Shown one piece after another: positions 50,226-61,914 of a stretch of 64,000 nucleotides of DNA (its first letter is position 1; each line of letters opens with the position of its first letter). Where the stretch lies: the sequence record ON470615.2. One strand, written 5' to 3'. A model generated the notes under the pieces. That model saw nothing but the letters and a program-made list of their open reading frames with translations. It searched no databases and was not told the origin of the DNA. This stretch comes from Escherichia phage vB_EcoM-673R5. Made by a program: the position numbers and the translations under genes.

Positions 50226-51480
50226 ACGGCAAACATTCCCAATTCACAGAGTCCGACCTAAACCACATGAAGCGGCTTAGGAATTACAGACTCTCCAAGG
50301 GCTAACACTGCCAGCCCGGCAGCTTTTATATTACGGGCCGCGTTAATATCACGATCATGCTCTGCGCCACATTCCGGGCAGTGCCATTTACGAATATTAA
50401 GAGGCATTTTTTGCATGGTGAAGCCGCAACTGCTGCAACGTTTGGAAGAAGGGAAATACTGGTCGATAGCGACAATGCTACGTCCACCCCATTCTCCTTT
50501 GTACTGGAGTTGGCGTACAAGTTCGCTCCAGCCTGCGTCAGCTATTGCTTTAGACAGCTTCGGGTTACGGATCATGTTTTTCACTTTAAGGGATTCGACG
50601 CAAACAACTTGGTTTTCGTTAATCAGTTTGCGGGACAACTTATGCAGGTTATCCATCCGACAATCGACTATTCTCGCGTGGAGGCGGGCAACCTTTAAAC
50701 GTGCTTTGGCGCGGTTCTTTGAGCCTTTTTGTTTCTTGCTCAATCTGCGCTGTAACACTGCTAATCGCTTCGCGTATTTAGCGTTGTGTCGAGGATTGCC
50801 AGTTTTAAAACCGGTATCGGTGACGAACAAATCTTTTAAACCAATATCAATGCCGACCGTGGAAACGGTGATCGGCAGTGATACAGGCTCAAACTCGCAG
50901 AGACAGGATACAAAATATCGTCCGGCAGCATCCCCTGGTGATAGTGACAGTGGATGGAGCAGACGGCAACGGACGGCTCCAGCGAACATCTAACGGCTCT
51001 TTGCTCTTTGCCATGTACAGCTTGCCGTCACGGTATTTAAATGCGCTGGCAGTTAGTTCTGCGGCCTGTTTATGCCGCTTGCTCTTAAAAACTGGGTATG
51101 CAGCACGCCCGGCGAAAAAGTTAGCAAAAGCCGTTTGTTGGTGGCGCAGAGACTGCTGGAGGGGGACGCAGGAAACGTCATTCAGCCAAGCGAATTCTGG
51201 TTCTTTTTCAGTGCCGTTAATTTGGCGCTGGCTTGTGCATAGCCGACCCTCTCATGGCGTGCGTAGTACGCATCGGTGCGCCAGCGAAGGAGGCTGTTAT
51301 AGACAAAACGCACACACCCAAAAGTCCGGGCTAATAGCTCGGTTTGTTCGGGAGTTGGATAGAATCGATATTTATAGGCACGCTTCATGTTCTATATAAT
51401 ACATTGAAACTAATGAGTATATAAATGAATACACGGACGAAAATGTTATCAAAGCCAATATACCAACAGACATTAGGTAA
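50226..51480 (-). mobile_element. IS200/IS605-family TnpB-only element in the prt-pro intergenic region
   Basis: tnpB fills nearly the whole prt-pro gap with no tnpA. Element ends not resolved. Confidence 0.6.
50258..51388 (-). CDS. tnpB: TnpB (OrfB) RNA-guided nuclease-type transposase accessory protein; frameshifts
   Basis: N-terminus MKRAYKYRFYPTPEQTELLARTFGCVRFVYNS; RuvC-like VGIDIGLKD and CVESLKVKNM; zinc finger CSSCG...CPECGAEHDRDINAARNI. Confidence 0.85.
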
Positions 51481-51500
51481 GGTAGCTGGAGGGCAATATA

Positions 51501-52520
51501 ATGACTGATGTTTTGAAAACGGTCACTGACCGCTTTTGTCTCTATAGCAATGCTCGAAAAGGTCGCCAGAACGGGCGACAGTATGTATTAAGCGCGGTTA
51601 AGACCATGCTTGAAAGCAAGGAAACTCAGGAAGGTTTACGCCTTGGAGAGCTTTTCGGCTATTACGGTCACGGTCGCCGACAGCTGACCGGCAAACTGGA
51701 AGTACCAGAAACCAGCGTAATCATGGTGGAAGGTCGCCCGGTCGTAATCGACAATGTTCCAGCGTGCCGCACAGTGGCTATATCCGTTGACGACAACGGC
51801 ATCGTTACCCATACACAGGAAATTCTTAACACAGAGCCGGGTAAAATTGTCGCCGCGATGATCGAAAGCCGAGCTGGTGGCTGGAGCTGGGCCACTGGCG
51901 GGCGTGAGTCCGGGAAAATCGCTGTAACCACCAGCTTCCATGGTGTGGATTATGTGACAACGCCGAACTATATCAGTCTGGATCATCCTGCCAGCGCCGG
52001 AATGTTTGAAAGCGCGGATTCTAAATCTTTACTGGCAGAGTCCCTGGCGGCGCATGGGTACTCCGACGAGTCAGTGCAGGCCGTTATATCCCATTACGGC
52101 AAAATGGCTGAACTGGAAATGATGGTGGAGGCGACAGAGCGTACGGCAGAACTGGAAACTGCACTACTCGAAAGCCAGGGCCGCCACCTCGAAGCAATGG
52201 CCAAGATCGCAGATGCTGAAGCGCGAATCGCTTTGCTGGAGGAAACAGCGGGTATCCGCGACGATGTGCTGGCAGCAATGCAAGACGAACTGGATAACCT
52301 CCCGATCTTCGTCTCCGCCGCCCAAAAAGACGCATTCCGCCTCAAAGAACCTGGTGATGCAAAAATCGTTGCCACACTTTTCGAATCTCTGATCAAAGTT
52401 GGCGCACGCAACTTGCCTGTCACCAAGAAAATTAAGGAGGTTCCGCAAGCGGCTAACGTCCAGGCACCGCGTGAGACAAGCATCATCACGTTTAATAATT
52501 CAATCAATCCGTTTAAATAA
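51501..52520 (+). CDS. pro: head processing protease
   Basis: 339 aa intact; GGAGGG RBS; position after prt. Family assignment by position and recall. Confidence 0.6.
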   Translation: MTDVLKTVTDRFCLYSNARKGRQNGRQYVLSAVKTMLESKETQEGLRLGELFGYYGHGRRQLTGKLEVPETSVIMVEGRPVVIDNVPACRTVAISVDDNGIVTHTQEILNTEPGKIVAAMIESRAGGWSWATGGRESGKIAVTTSFHGVDYVTTPNYISLDHPASAGMFESADSKSLLAESLAAHGYSDESVQAVISHYGKMAELEMMVEATERTAELETALLESQGRHLEAMAKIADAEARIALLEETAGIRDDVLAAMQDELDNLPIFVSAAQKDAFRLKEPGDAKIVATLFESLIKVGARNLPVTKKIKEVPQAANVQAPRETSIITFNNSINPFK

Positions 52521-52532
52521 CCACCAAAAATA

Positions 52533-52554
52533 ACCCCGGCAGCTGCCGGGGTTC
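52533..52554. terminator. bidirectional terminator
   Basis: aaccccggcagctgccggggtt. Confidence 0.55.
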
Positions 52555-52564
52555 TCGTTAACTA

Positions 52565-52819
52565 TTATCGCCTTCGTGCCATATATTTGCGCACCGCGCG
52601 GCGTGGACAATCTGAAGCGGTTTCTTTCTGCTGCATCAATCTCGCAGCCATGCTCAAAAATGTCAGGCACAGCCGAAGCCCGGCATACAATAGCGGTTCC
52701 AGTGGCCACGTCTCATTGAGCACATATACCGCCATGAAAATCGAGTCAAAAACTATCGCCGCCAGCGATAACTTCATTGTCGAAAGTCGGCGGAGCTGCC
52801 GGAGTTTATTCATTGACAA
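52565..52819 (-). CDS. small membrane protein, 84 aa, downstream of lyz
   Basis: Hydrophobic segment AAIVFDSIFMAVYVL; overlaps the lyz 3' end. Confidence 0.35.
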   Translation of the reverse strand: MSMNKLRQLRRLSTMKLSLAAIVFDSIFMAVYVLNETWPLEPLLYAGLRLCLTFLSMAARLMQQKETASDCPRRAVRKYMARRR

Positions 52820-53362
52820 GCCCCGTCAGGCAAAGCTGGCGTTCTTTTTCACGGCGAATCTTTAAACCTCGCAGGGGCACGCCGTTACTGTTCACGAAAT
52901 CAGGGAGATGGTTACACATATTCACCCATTCCCCTTTCTGCGCCCACTTGTGGATGGACGTTTCTACTCGCATGCCTCGCGCTTTGCTGTAGTAGGTCCG
53001 TAAGCTATTGCATCCCATATTGAATGCCGCGCTTGTCATTGCACTGAAGGCATTATCGGGCATGTCTTTGCCCCGGAAGTGCTGATTAATACAGCGTTCA
53101 GCGATCAGGATATTCTTTTCCCAATCAGCGGCGATTTGCTGGTCGGTTTTTCGCACACCCGGCGTTACCCCGTGTGTATTACCGATCCCGTCAGTCCATA
53201 CCCCGCCGGGCACATGTATGGATCACGTCGGCAACCTTCAGCGTTACCAATCAGCTCAAGCCCCGCCTGGTTGGTTCGCACATTGCCATTACCCATCACG
53301 ATGGTAATCATCACCGCGATAGCGCAAATTGCACCGCCTCCTGCGGCTGTTTTTCCCTTCAT
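52806..53362 (-). CDS. lyz: SAR-endolysin (phage lysozyme); one frameshift near 53200
   Basis: N-terminal MKGKTAAGGGAICAIAVMITIVMGNGNVRTNQAGLELIGNAEGCRRDPY; catalytic part GVTPGVRKTDQQIAADWEKNILIAERCINQHF...FNMGCNSLRTYYSKA. Confidence 0.8.
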
Positions 53363-53494
53363 AAAGACCTCATAAGCGAATTTTTTACGCTCCAGGACAA
53401 ACACCCATTCACAGCCAATACCGACTGACTCGATCCTTTAGAAGGCACAGGATAATGCAAATCACTTGTTAGCTACGTTTCAAAGATATACATT

Positions 53495-53511
53495 ATTGCT
53501 CTAATTAATTT
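53495..53511 (+). promoter_or_regulatory. C1 operator upstream of ssb
   Basis: ATTGCTCTAATTAATTT, 16/17 match, 20 bp before the ssb start. Confidence 0.6.
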
Positions 53512-53530
53512 ATTTTATTAGGTAAGATAA

Positions 53531-54019
53531 GTGGCACAACGCGGTGTAAACAAAGTCATCCTGATTGGTACCCTGGGGCAAGACCCGGAGATCAGGTATA
53601 TACCAAATGGCGGAGCGGTCGGAAGACTCAGCATCGCAACGAATGAATCATGGCGCGACAAGCAAACGGGCCAACAGAAAGAGCAAACAGAATGGCATAG
53701 AGTCGTTTTGTTCGGGAAACTTGCTGAAATTGCGAGTGAGTATTTACGAAAAGGTTCTCAGGTCTACATCGAAGGGAAACTTAAAACCCGTAAGTGGACA
53801 GATGACGCCGGTGTAGAACGTTACACGACGGAAATTATCGTCAGCCAGGGCGGAACTATGCAAATGATCGGCGCCCGCCGCGACGATTCACAGTCCTCAA
53901 ATGGCTGGGGGCAATCAAACCAACCTCAAAACCACCAGCAATACAGCGGTGGCGGCAAACCTCAGAGCAGCGCCAATAACGAACCTCCAATGGACTTTGA
54001 CGACGATATTCCGTTTTAG
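53531..54019 (+). CDS. ssb: single-stranded DNA-binding protein
   Basis: 162 aa intact; [26 protein letters not shown]...[32 protein letters not shown]...MDFDDDIPF. Confidence 0.92.
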   Translation: MAQRGVNKVILIGTLGQDPEIRYIPNGGAVGRLSIATNESWRDKQTGQQKEQTEWHRVVLFGKLAEIASEYLRKGSQVYIEGKLKTRKWTDDAGVERYTTEIIVSQGGTMQMIGARRDDSQSSNGWGQSNQPQNHQQYSGGGKPQSSANNEPPMDFDDDIPF

Positions 54020-54267
54020 AGTTAACTTGTGAGTTATTTGTAAATAGTTCATACACAGGCCCCTGTTAATACAGGGGATTTTTATTTCTAGTAACTATAA
54101 GAGGTGTTAATTATTAATTGACAATCTTTAGTGTTTCGCGCACCTTGCAAGTATCCAATATTTACTGATTGTGGATGCATAAAGAAGATCCACAGCGTTA
54201 CAAATTTGTATTTCTTTCTTCAGCAATTAAGCAGGCGACTTGCTCTATCCTGCCCAAAGGAACACGT

Positions 54268-55621
54268 ATGACACACTGCAAAGAAAATACTTGGTATGAG
54301 CGTCAAGGGTACAATACCACCCGCCCGAATGAGATAAGGTCGGAGTATGAACGTGATCTTTCCCGGTTAATCCACTCTTCCGCTTTTAGGAGATTACAAT
54401 CGAAGACGCAGGTGTTGGGATTGGGCGAAAGCGATTTCTACCGTACGCGGCTAACTCACTCTATGGAAGTAGCGCAAATTGGCGGCGGTATCTTGTCTCA
54501 GTTGTCTAAGCGCGATACAGATGAGGGGGTAAATTCTTACCTGACCCAAGCCTGATGCAGGCTATCTGCCTTGCTCATGATATAGGACATCCCCCTTCGG
54601 TCATGGTGGTGAGGTCGCACTAAACTACTGCATGAGATCCTATGGCGGCTTTGAAGGTAACGGGCAGACACTGCGTATACTCTCCAAACTGGATAAGTAC
54701 ACCGAAACCAATGGGCTGGATCCCACCCGTAGACTTATTTTAGGCGTACTGAAATATCCAGCAAGCTATTCAGAGGTCGTCAATGAGAGGGCTTACAGCC
54801 AGTTACAGCCAAGAAGCAATGAGTGGTTGTTTAAATCATCCGAATTTAAGCCCCCGAAATGTTACCTGGACTCTGAGGAGAACACTGTTAGATTCGCACT
54901 CCAACCTTTTGATAGTGATGATGTTAAGTTATTCAAAACGGTAAAAACTACCGCGTTGAATAAGCACAAGGAAACAATATATAAAGCACTGGATACAACG
55001 ATTATGGACTTGGCTGATGAGATATCCTACTCACTCCATGATCTTGAAGACGCAATTTCTCTGAAGATGATCGACAAAAAAATGTGGGAGGAGCACTTCG
55101 AGGACAAATCCCATTTATTTGCAGCTTGCCAATGCGACTCGTTTAATCTAAAAGCCGATGATGTAGCTGAAAAACTGTTCGGCGAAAGTTATCTACGCAA
55201 GGAGTGCATAGGGACACTTGTTCATCTGATGATCACTAGCGTTAAGCTTGAAGTGCAGAACTCTGATTTCAAAAGTAAAATTTTACGCTATAAAGTGGCA
55301 CTTCCTGCCGCGGTAGAAGAGTTACGTAAAGCCATTTTTGAGCTGGTTAGGAACAAAGTTATTCAGCACGAAAACGTCCAACTATTAGAGTTCAAAGGTC
55401 AGAAACTGATTGTGGAACTATTCAATGTACTGGCAAATGACCCAATACGTTTTCTCCCGACAGAAACTCGAAAGAAATATAATCAAGAGGAAGCAAAAGG
55501 TGATGATAAAAAAATGCGTGTCATTTGCGACTATGTTTCAGGCATGACAGATGATTACGCTACTCGACTGTATGAGAAAATATTTGTACCGAGAAAAGGC
55601 TCTATTTTTGATAGACTCTGA
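54268..55621 (+). CDS. HD-domain dGTP triphosphohydrolase-like protein; two frameshifts near 54550-54600
   Basis: [12 protein letters not shown] and LAHDIGHPP[F]GHGGE; the second is restored by one T in cccccttcgg. C-terminal [17 protein letters not shown]-rich. Confidence 0.7.
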
Positions 55622-55789
55622 TTTTTTTCTATTATATAGTACGTAGCCGGGTTCCAGAACCGCATAAAATTAGATCTGGATATAATTCATTTAATTATCT
55701 GTTATATGCCAAACATAACGATATATAATAGTGGATTAGATGTTACAACTTGACGCAGAATAAATAGCTTTTATTGGCGCATGATGCAA

Positions 55790-55815
55790 ACCCCGCAATG
55801 AAGCGGGGTTTTAAC
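55790..55815. terminator. bidirectional terminator
   Basis: aaaccccgc-aatgaa-gcggggtttt. Confidence 0.55.
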
Positions 55816-55828
55816 TGTGGTAAATGAG

Positions 55829-56197
55829 TTATAATCTTTTAATCAGGCTCTCAATATTAGTTGGTTCAAAGTAATGCTTATTAACCTCTCCATTTATGAG
55901 GAAACCGTCTTTTAGTAGTCGGTCTAGCTCACGCTCTGCTTCTTTGTTGAACATACCTGGATATATTCTCTTGTACAACTGAAACGTACCATTCATATTC
56001 CTGTAAGCATTCTCAGCAATTTCAATGGAGATTTCATTTCCGGCGTTAAATACAGGAATGAATATCTCAAGAATATCATTCTTTAACTTCTGTTTAAGTT
56101 TCTTTTTTTCAACAATATTAGAATAAAAGATACCTAAAAAAAATGTGCAGATACCAGGAAGCCAATTATTAACGAAAACCTCAGACAAAGCGTCCAC
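55829..56197 (-). CDS. hypothetical membrane-anchored protein, 122 aa, AT-rich
   Basis: Intact ORF with N-terminal hydrophobic segment LPGICTFFLGIFYSNIV. Confidence 0.4.
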   Translation of the reverse strand: MDALSEVFVNNWLPGICTFFLGIFYSNIVEKKKLKQKLKNDILEIFIPVFNAGNEISIEIAENAYRNMNGTFQLYKRIYPGMFNKEAERELDRLLKDGFLINGEVNKHYFEPTNIESLIKRL

Positions 56198-56321
56198 TAT
56201 CTTACTCCAGAGTTAAGATTGATTCTCATAACGCACAAACTCCGTTCAAGGCGATTTTTATATTACAAACTATACATAAACGCTGATCAATATCTCCAGA
56301 TTTTGTGTGCCTGTGCATGAA

Positions 56322-56338
56322 TATGCACTAATCATAAT
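56322..56338 (+). promoter_or_regulatory. C1 operator-like sequence (ATGCACTAATCATAATC)
   Basis: Shares the ATGCACTAAT core with the variants at 38844, 35611 and 16466. Confidence 0.3.
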
Positions 56339-56403
56339 CGACCAGAACTTCCGTTAATCGCTAAACTCGAACGATTCTAGCCACATAGACGATCTGTTAG
56401 TAT

Positions 56404-56712
56404 CTAATATACAAACTGATCCACATGATCACCCAAATCATCGTCGTCGTCCTCATCGCCACCATCTACTGCTGGCCAATCAACAAACCAGCCAGCGTAA
56501 AGATGCAGCGTTCGGAGAACATCACTTGCGGGAGCATCAAGGGTGTTAACGAATCCCATATAGCTATTGGGATTTGCTCCAGCTATGGCTTCAGCGATCA
56601 TGTCCTCGGTAATGTCACCGGAGATAATGCTTAAACGCCCGGAAACTTCTTCATTATCATCAAATTCGATAATGGCATCTCCACCTAATGGCGCTGCGAT
56701 TTTAATCTGCAT
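56404..56712 (-). CDS. acidic hypothetical protein, 102 aa
   Basis: Intact ORF ending in a D-rich tail (DGGDEDDDDDLGD). Confidence 0.35.
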   Translation of the reverse strand: MQIKIAAPLGGDAIIEFDDNEEVSGRLSIISGDITEDMIAEAIAGANPNSYMGFVNTLDAPASDVLRTLHLYAGWFVDWPAVDGGDEDDDDDLGDHVDQFVY

Positions 56713-57391
56713 TATTTAGCTCCTTTGCCACACCTAATAACAGTTCCAGCAATCCGTCACCATTCATCAGTGATGCGGCAGCGGCCTCTTTGTCATGATA
56801 CAACTGAAGAGCCATAGAGAATACTTCCGTTGCTGACGTTTTGGAAATAGTCGGTGATTTCTGCCGAATTTTCCCGGTGTTACTTACTGAGGCTGGCGGG
56901 TATACCTTCGCCATATAAATATTACTCAATCGAGATCTGAAGCACCATTCAGGCTTGCCACGCCCACCGATATTGACGAAAGATGGCTTATCCCCTTCAA
57001 CATTGGCCTTCAGGAATGACCGGGCTTTCTCTAACAAACCAGGGTTACTGTACTCAAGATGATGACCCAGCTCGTGCCACAGTGCACTTGCATTTTCATC
57101 GTTCAAATTGACAGCAACAACACCATTAAGATTTGCATACGCCCTACCCTTGTGGTGAATTACCCTTGATAAGGTTGATATTTTCCCGCCGGTCAGGCGA
57201 TAAATATCAGCAAGTTCCTTGCGCAGGTCTATTCCACCATTCTGTCCAGCGCGGGCTTCTTCCACTTCTTCCGTGATAAAAGAGTCGGCCCACTCAAGAG
57301 CTTTTTCTTCAGATACGGATGAGTTGGCAATCGCACTGTTCATGGCAGATAACACTTTCTCGTGGACCGAACCCATACTTTGCTGATTCAT
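56702..57391 (-). CDS. HExxH-motif protein (putative zinc metallopeptidase-like), 229 aa
   Basis: ALWHELGHHLEYSNPG. Confidence 0.4.
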   Translation of the reverse strand: MNQQSMGSVHEKVLSAMNSAIANSSVSEEKALEWADSFITEEVEEARAGQNGGIDLRKELADIYRLTGGKISTLSRVIHHKGRAYANLNGVVAVNLNDENASALWHELGHHLEYSNPGLLEKARSFLKANVEGDKPSFVNIGGRGKPEWCFRSRLSNIYMAKVYPPASVSNTGKIRQKSPTISKTSATEVFSMALQLYHDKEAAAASLMNGDGLLELLLGVAKELNNAD

Positions 57392-59687
57392 TTGCCAGCG
57401 TGTCTGCGGGTTATATGAGAATCGCTTAAGTAGTTGGTCAAGCTGCTCAAGTTCTTCTTCACTGACATACCTTTTAGCCTCACCAATAATGCCAGGAGAA
57501 TATTGCCGTTAGGATTAAACGCTCGCGAAAGGAAGAGTTTCAGCGCCCCCATGCCCTCCGATGCTTCAATATCACCAATAACCCGGTTAACAATGGCCGC
57601 ACTCTTCGGATTAGCATCCGCCAACGCTCTGGCTACGATTTGCAGGGACGATACGACCTCACGCTGCATATCAGTCCTGATCTCATCAATAAACTCTGGC
57701 GTTATGCCGTGCTCTTTAAGGATATCCCGGCCTTCCGCCGTTACCCCATCGATATCACCGACATGTTTATTAACACGACTTTGCAATGCCTTAAATGCCT
57801 TCAGAATTCCACGGGCATCATCCGCTTTACTAACGGCCTTCCTGAATGCTGGCAAGAAGTCTGAGTTAACCTCATTTTGTTGATCGGCCCACTGAATGGA
57901 GGCTTCTTTCATCTCGTCCAGAGTCAGATCACCCAACGCGGTATGGTCTGTGAATATGAGCGACAACCTCTGAACCATTTCTGCCAATGGTGATGCCGAA
58001 TGCGCCGCGCTAAGGAATGCTTTCACCCTGGTTGGGCGAATGGAAAACCAGTCAATAGCTGGTGGCATATCTCCGTTTTTTATCGCCTGCGCTATCTCGT
58101 CAAAGCCATCGCGCCCAAGGGAGGATGCGTGATTTAACAAGCCGCGAAGTAACGAATTGCTGATACCGAATAATCGGCACCATTTTTTCACGTCGGCAAC
58201 AGGCATTCGAACAAAATGCGCAAGCACTTGTACAAGCTGTTCATCCTGGGGATCTGTGCGGGAAAGCAGCCTGATCAGATGAATAATGTCTTTGATGCCG
58301 GATGCCCGATGTAATAGCAAACTGGTATACGGAGCAACACCGTTGTAACTACCGCCGGAAACGGACTCGAAAAGACCGCCGGATATCCCTTGCATGCCTT
58401 CGTTTTCCAGTTCCTGAGACACCTGGCGAAGGATATCCTGTAACGACACATCGCCGCCGCCAAACATATCCCCCAGCGCCTGGCCCTGGTGCTGTAACTC
58501 ATCATTGATACGTTGAGCCATCAACTTAAAGGCGGTGGCCATACGCTTCGCGCTACGGTTATTCGCGACGATGAACAACGCGAGTGCTTTCACTTCCGGG
58601 GCCGTTTCGCTGAACATATCCCCCTGAGCAATAACATCGGTAATATGCTGGCCTGACTCCTTCGATTGCCTTACCAGGTCTACCGCATCTTTCAATGCCG
58701 CCAGCGCCATTTTATCGAGGCTATCTGCTGTCTCAATGCCATCAACAATAGTTGTCACAGCCTGCTTGTGCGCTTCTCCTGATAAAGCCTGCATCTGGAC
58801 AAAATCATTGGCTGCCGCATTAAGCGCCGTCAGAACATTACGCATATCCGGATCAGGTTCTTCTGCAACCATCCTTACCAGGCGCGCATCCTTATATGCC
58901 TTGGCAAAGATCGCGTTTTGTATACGGTCTACAAGTTGCCGTGTTGGTCGCCCATCTTCAGTTACAAGGCCAGCCGCCTGTGTGGCACCAACTTGCGTCA
59001 TAAATCCGCGAATAAACGCGTCATTACTGCGGCTAAGCAGATCTCCGCTTTCTGACGGGTTAAAAAGCGCCATCATCGCCGGTGTTATGCTGTCGGCATC
59101 AACAAAAGCTTTTTCACTGGCTGCCATTTCCTGAAGATCAGAAATATTTGAGTCCTTGGCAAACTGAACGCGGTCAACCTTAGTTAACCGGCGGCGCACC
59201 AGTACCGGAGCCGTCATTGATTCAACCTTTTCAGGAGGTATGCCGAATTCGGTCGCATGTTCAATCAGGTACTCATGATACCGATCCGCATTGCCGTCCT
59301 GATAGGCTTTGATGATCCCCATGGTCCGTCCATTACCTGACTCAACGGCATTGTCCTCACCAATTATCGGCGCACCATGGCTGGATAAACCGGAATCAGT
59401 AAGCTGAGCTGGCCGCAAATCTTTGGATATCTGGTTAACCTGAAGAAGGCTGGATGCGCGGGTCGGTCGCGCGGCTGAAGTTCCCGGGGATAGTCAGGAT
59501 TAATTTTCCCATCCAGAGTATTGGATACCAAAAGAGCTGAGGCATCGACGATATCAAACGCTGTTTTTACCTCGTCTCCCTTCGCTGTCACCACATACGA
59601 AACCCGCCCATAATCGGGCAGGTTCTTTAGCAGCTCGATCAGCGTTTCTATGCTGGTGGCCATTACCACCTGATCGCTTAAGCTCAT
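57388..59687 (-). CDS. large hypothetical protein, about 765 aa, candidate Dar-family protein; one frameshift near 59400
   Basis: Track ORFs 57388-59418 and 59364-59687. Family assignment positional only. Confidence 0.35.
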
Positions 59688-59725
59688 CCCTGTTACGCCT
59701 TATGCTGCCTCTTTAATGTTGGCGG

Positions 59726-60067
59726 CTATCCATGCCGCCGTGTGTGCTGTTTAACCTGGTCCAGGTCGATGTATGTGCCAACATATTGACTCAAATCCTG
59801 CAAGGTACCGATAAATGCATCGGTGCTCTGATCGACGAATTTATCAGCCAGGAAATCAGCAACCAGTTTTGGCACACCATCATGTACCGAAGGTTGTTTT
59901 TCCTCGCCACTACTGCCGCCGGACACACCGTACCCCATCTGTTGCATGATCTGGTCAATTTCATCGCTGATATCCAGCAACTCCATGCCACTCGCGGTAG
60001 CCGCTTTGGACATCAGAGCATCCAACTTATCGCTGAGATCCATTAACTCAATAGCTGATAGTGTCAT
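59726..60067 (-). CDS. hypothetical acidic protein, 113 aa
   Basis: Intact ORF. Confidence 0.35.
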   Translation of the reverse strand: MTLSAIELMDLSDKLDALMSKAATASGMELLDISDEIDQIMQQMGYGVSGGSSGEEKQPSVHDGVPKLVADFLADKFVDQSTDAFIGTLQDLSQYVGTYIDLDQVKQHTRRHG

Positions 60068-60384
60068 GCCGCTACCCCCGCTTTCTGGATTGCTACCAAC
60101 AGATCAGCCAGGTGGCGAGCTGCGCCGTTAACCAGCTCTTCGTTTTCCTCAAAACGTCCGGCAGCCTGAAGGGCTGCAATCGCTTCCCGGACATTGCCCC
60201 GGGCGTTACGGATCTCCGCCATGTCAGTGCTTTGTATATCCATCACGTTATTGAGATATTCAATGGCTTTATTAGCCTCTGCATCTGCTTCGCTAACCGT
60301 TTCATCAGGCTGTGCCGTGGCCGGTTCTGGCTGAGTAATCTCACCGACTTCGGCCTGCAATGCATTGATCATGCTCTGCACCAT
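60064..60384 (-). CDS. hypothetical protein, 106 aa
   Basis: Intact ORF with ATGA-type overlap. Confidence 0.35.
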   Translation of the reverse strand: MVQSMINALQAEVGEITQPEPATAQPDETVSEADAEANKAIEYLNNVMDIQSTDMAEIRNARGNVREAIAALQAAGRFEENEELVNGAARHLADLLVAIQKAGVAA

Positions 60385-61914
60385 TTTCTCGGTGCCAGCG
60401 CCCCCAGGAAACGCAATATTGGGGAAAGTTTTTGAAACTGAGTTTTCAGCATTACGCGGAACTCGTCTGGTGAGCTGGTGGCCAGCTCCAGAGCTTTTTG
60501 TGCATATTTGCCAAACGGACCATTAGTAAGTGTCTTAGCCAGGAAGTCGAAAGAATCCTCGCGAGGCAATAACTTCAGGTCGTACTCACTCATTTGCTGA
60601 TCAGAAAGCGGGGTATCGTAAGTAGTAATGCCGTAGCGTGCATATTCATAATACGGGTCACCTTCATCAGGGCGCGGCAGAATTGCTTTGTTACCTTCAG
60701 GTATTGCGCCGGGGGCCGCCGGACGCATTTGCAGGGCATATCGATATGCACCTACAGAGACTTCTGGTTCAGGCGAAGAGCTACCGGTATCCTCCGCTGG
60801 TTCAGGTTCGACGTTTTCCGGTTTATGTTCTTCTGGTTGGACCAGGTATTCCGATACATTACCCGCTTTATAGGCTTTAAACAGCTTGCCGATCGCATCT
60901 GCCATGTCCACACCCTGTATGGATTTAGCCTTGATCATGTATACGCTGCCATCCGGATCGGTTAACTGGATATACCCTTCGCCGCCCCCAATGAATTGCT
61001 TCATTGATGCACCATTACTGAGCGTCACTTCCCCGTCCATATGCATACGATTTTTGATACTGGCAAGGCGATCCGTCAGCGCGCGAGAGTGCCCACCAGT
61101 CATCCCCGCTGGAGCAATGGTATCGCGCCCACCAGTGCGATTGAGCTGATCAATCTCCGTCTGCAAACGCTCATTCTCTTCATAAAGAGAATCCGCTTCC
61201 GATGCAACAGCGTTAATTTTCTGCTCCAGATCTGCCTTCTGCCCTTCTACCGCTGCCACCTGATCCGCGAGGTCGCTCATGGCATCCTCTTTCTGGTCAC
61301 TGTCAGCCTGTAGTTGGGTTATTTCATCAACAAGGGCTTTTTTCTTCTTCTGCGCACGCTGGAATTTTGCCGAGTTTTTCTCTGCAAGGTTGGCAAGTTT
61401 CATGGTGACCTGCGCCAGCGTCATATCACGTCCACTCATCGGAGCAACGGTGTGAGTAACGTCTTTTTATTCAGTAAGAACTGGAAAGCAACCAGCGTAT
61501 CGCTATTGGTGATCCGGTTTTCCGCTGTCGGGCTATGAAACAGAATGCTGATAGTCTGACCATCACTGAGCGGAATAATGGCTGGCAGGACCGGCAGCCC
61601 GTTAACGTTCCGTGCCCGGCCAATTTCAGCACCGCCGATCGCGCGCGCGCCGCTCTGGGCCACATCCCCGTTTTATCACTCCCCGCAGAGATTCCGGTAC
61701 CATTCAGCTTCTGGTTCAATGCCCGGACAAATGCCTGCATGGTCCGGTGTAACTGCAAACGAGTAGAACTAATCGCCTCCAGTAAATCCGTAGCACACCA
61801 GTGGATCGGCGTGTCATAGAAGAACGTAGCCTCGATTTCCTCCAGGGTGTTGGATTCCGTCATCAGATAGCGGTCCTCACCGGCCATTAATGCGCGATAT
61901 TCATCATCAGTCAC
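60369..61914 (-). CDS. hypothetical protein, about 515 aa, candidate DarA-like; one frameshift near 61440
   Basis: Track ORFs 60369-61439 and 61436-61914 abut. Assignment positional only. Confidence 0.3.

Noticed and set aside
54268-55621. dGTPase-like gene as a captured host housekeeping dgt
   Set aside because: It is flanked by phage genes and terminators in AT-rich DNA with a membrane-protein partner, which favours mobile defence cargo. Host origin of the ancestor is not excluded.
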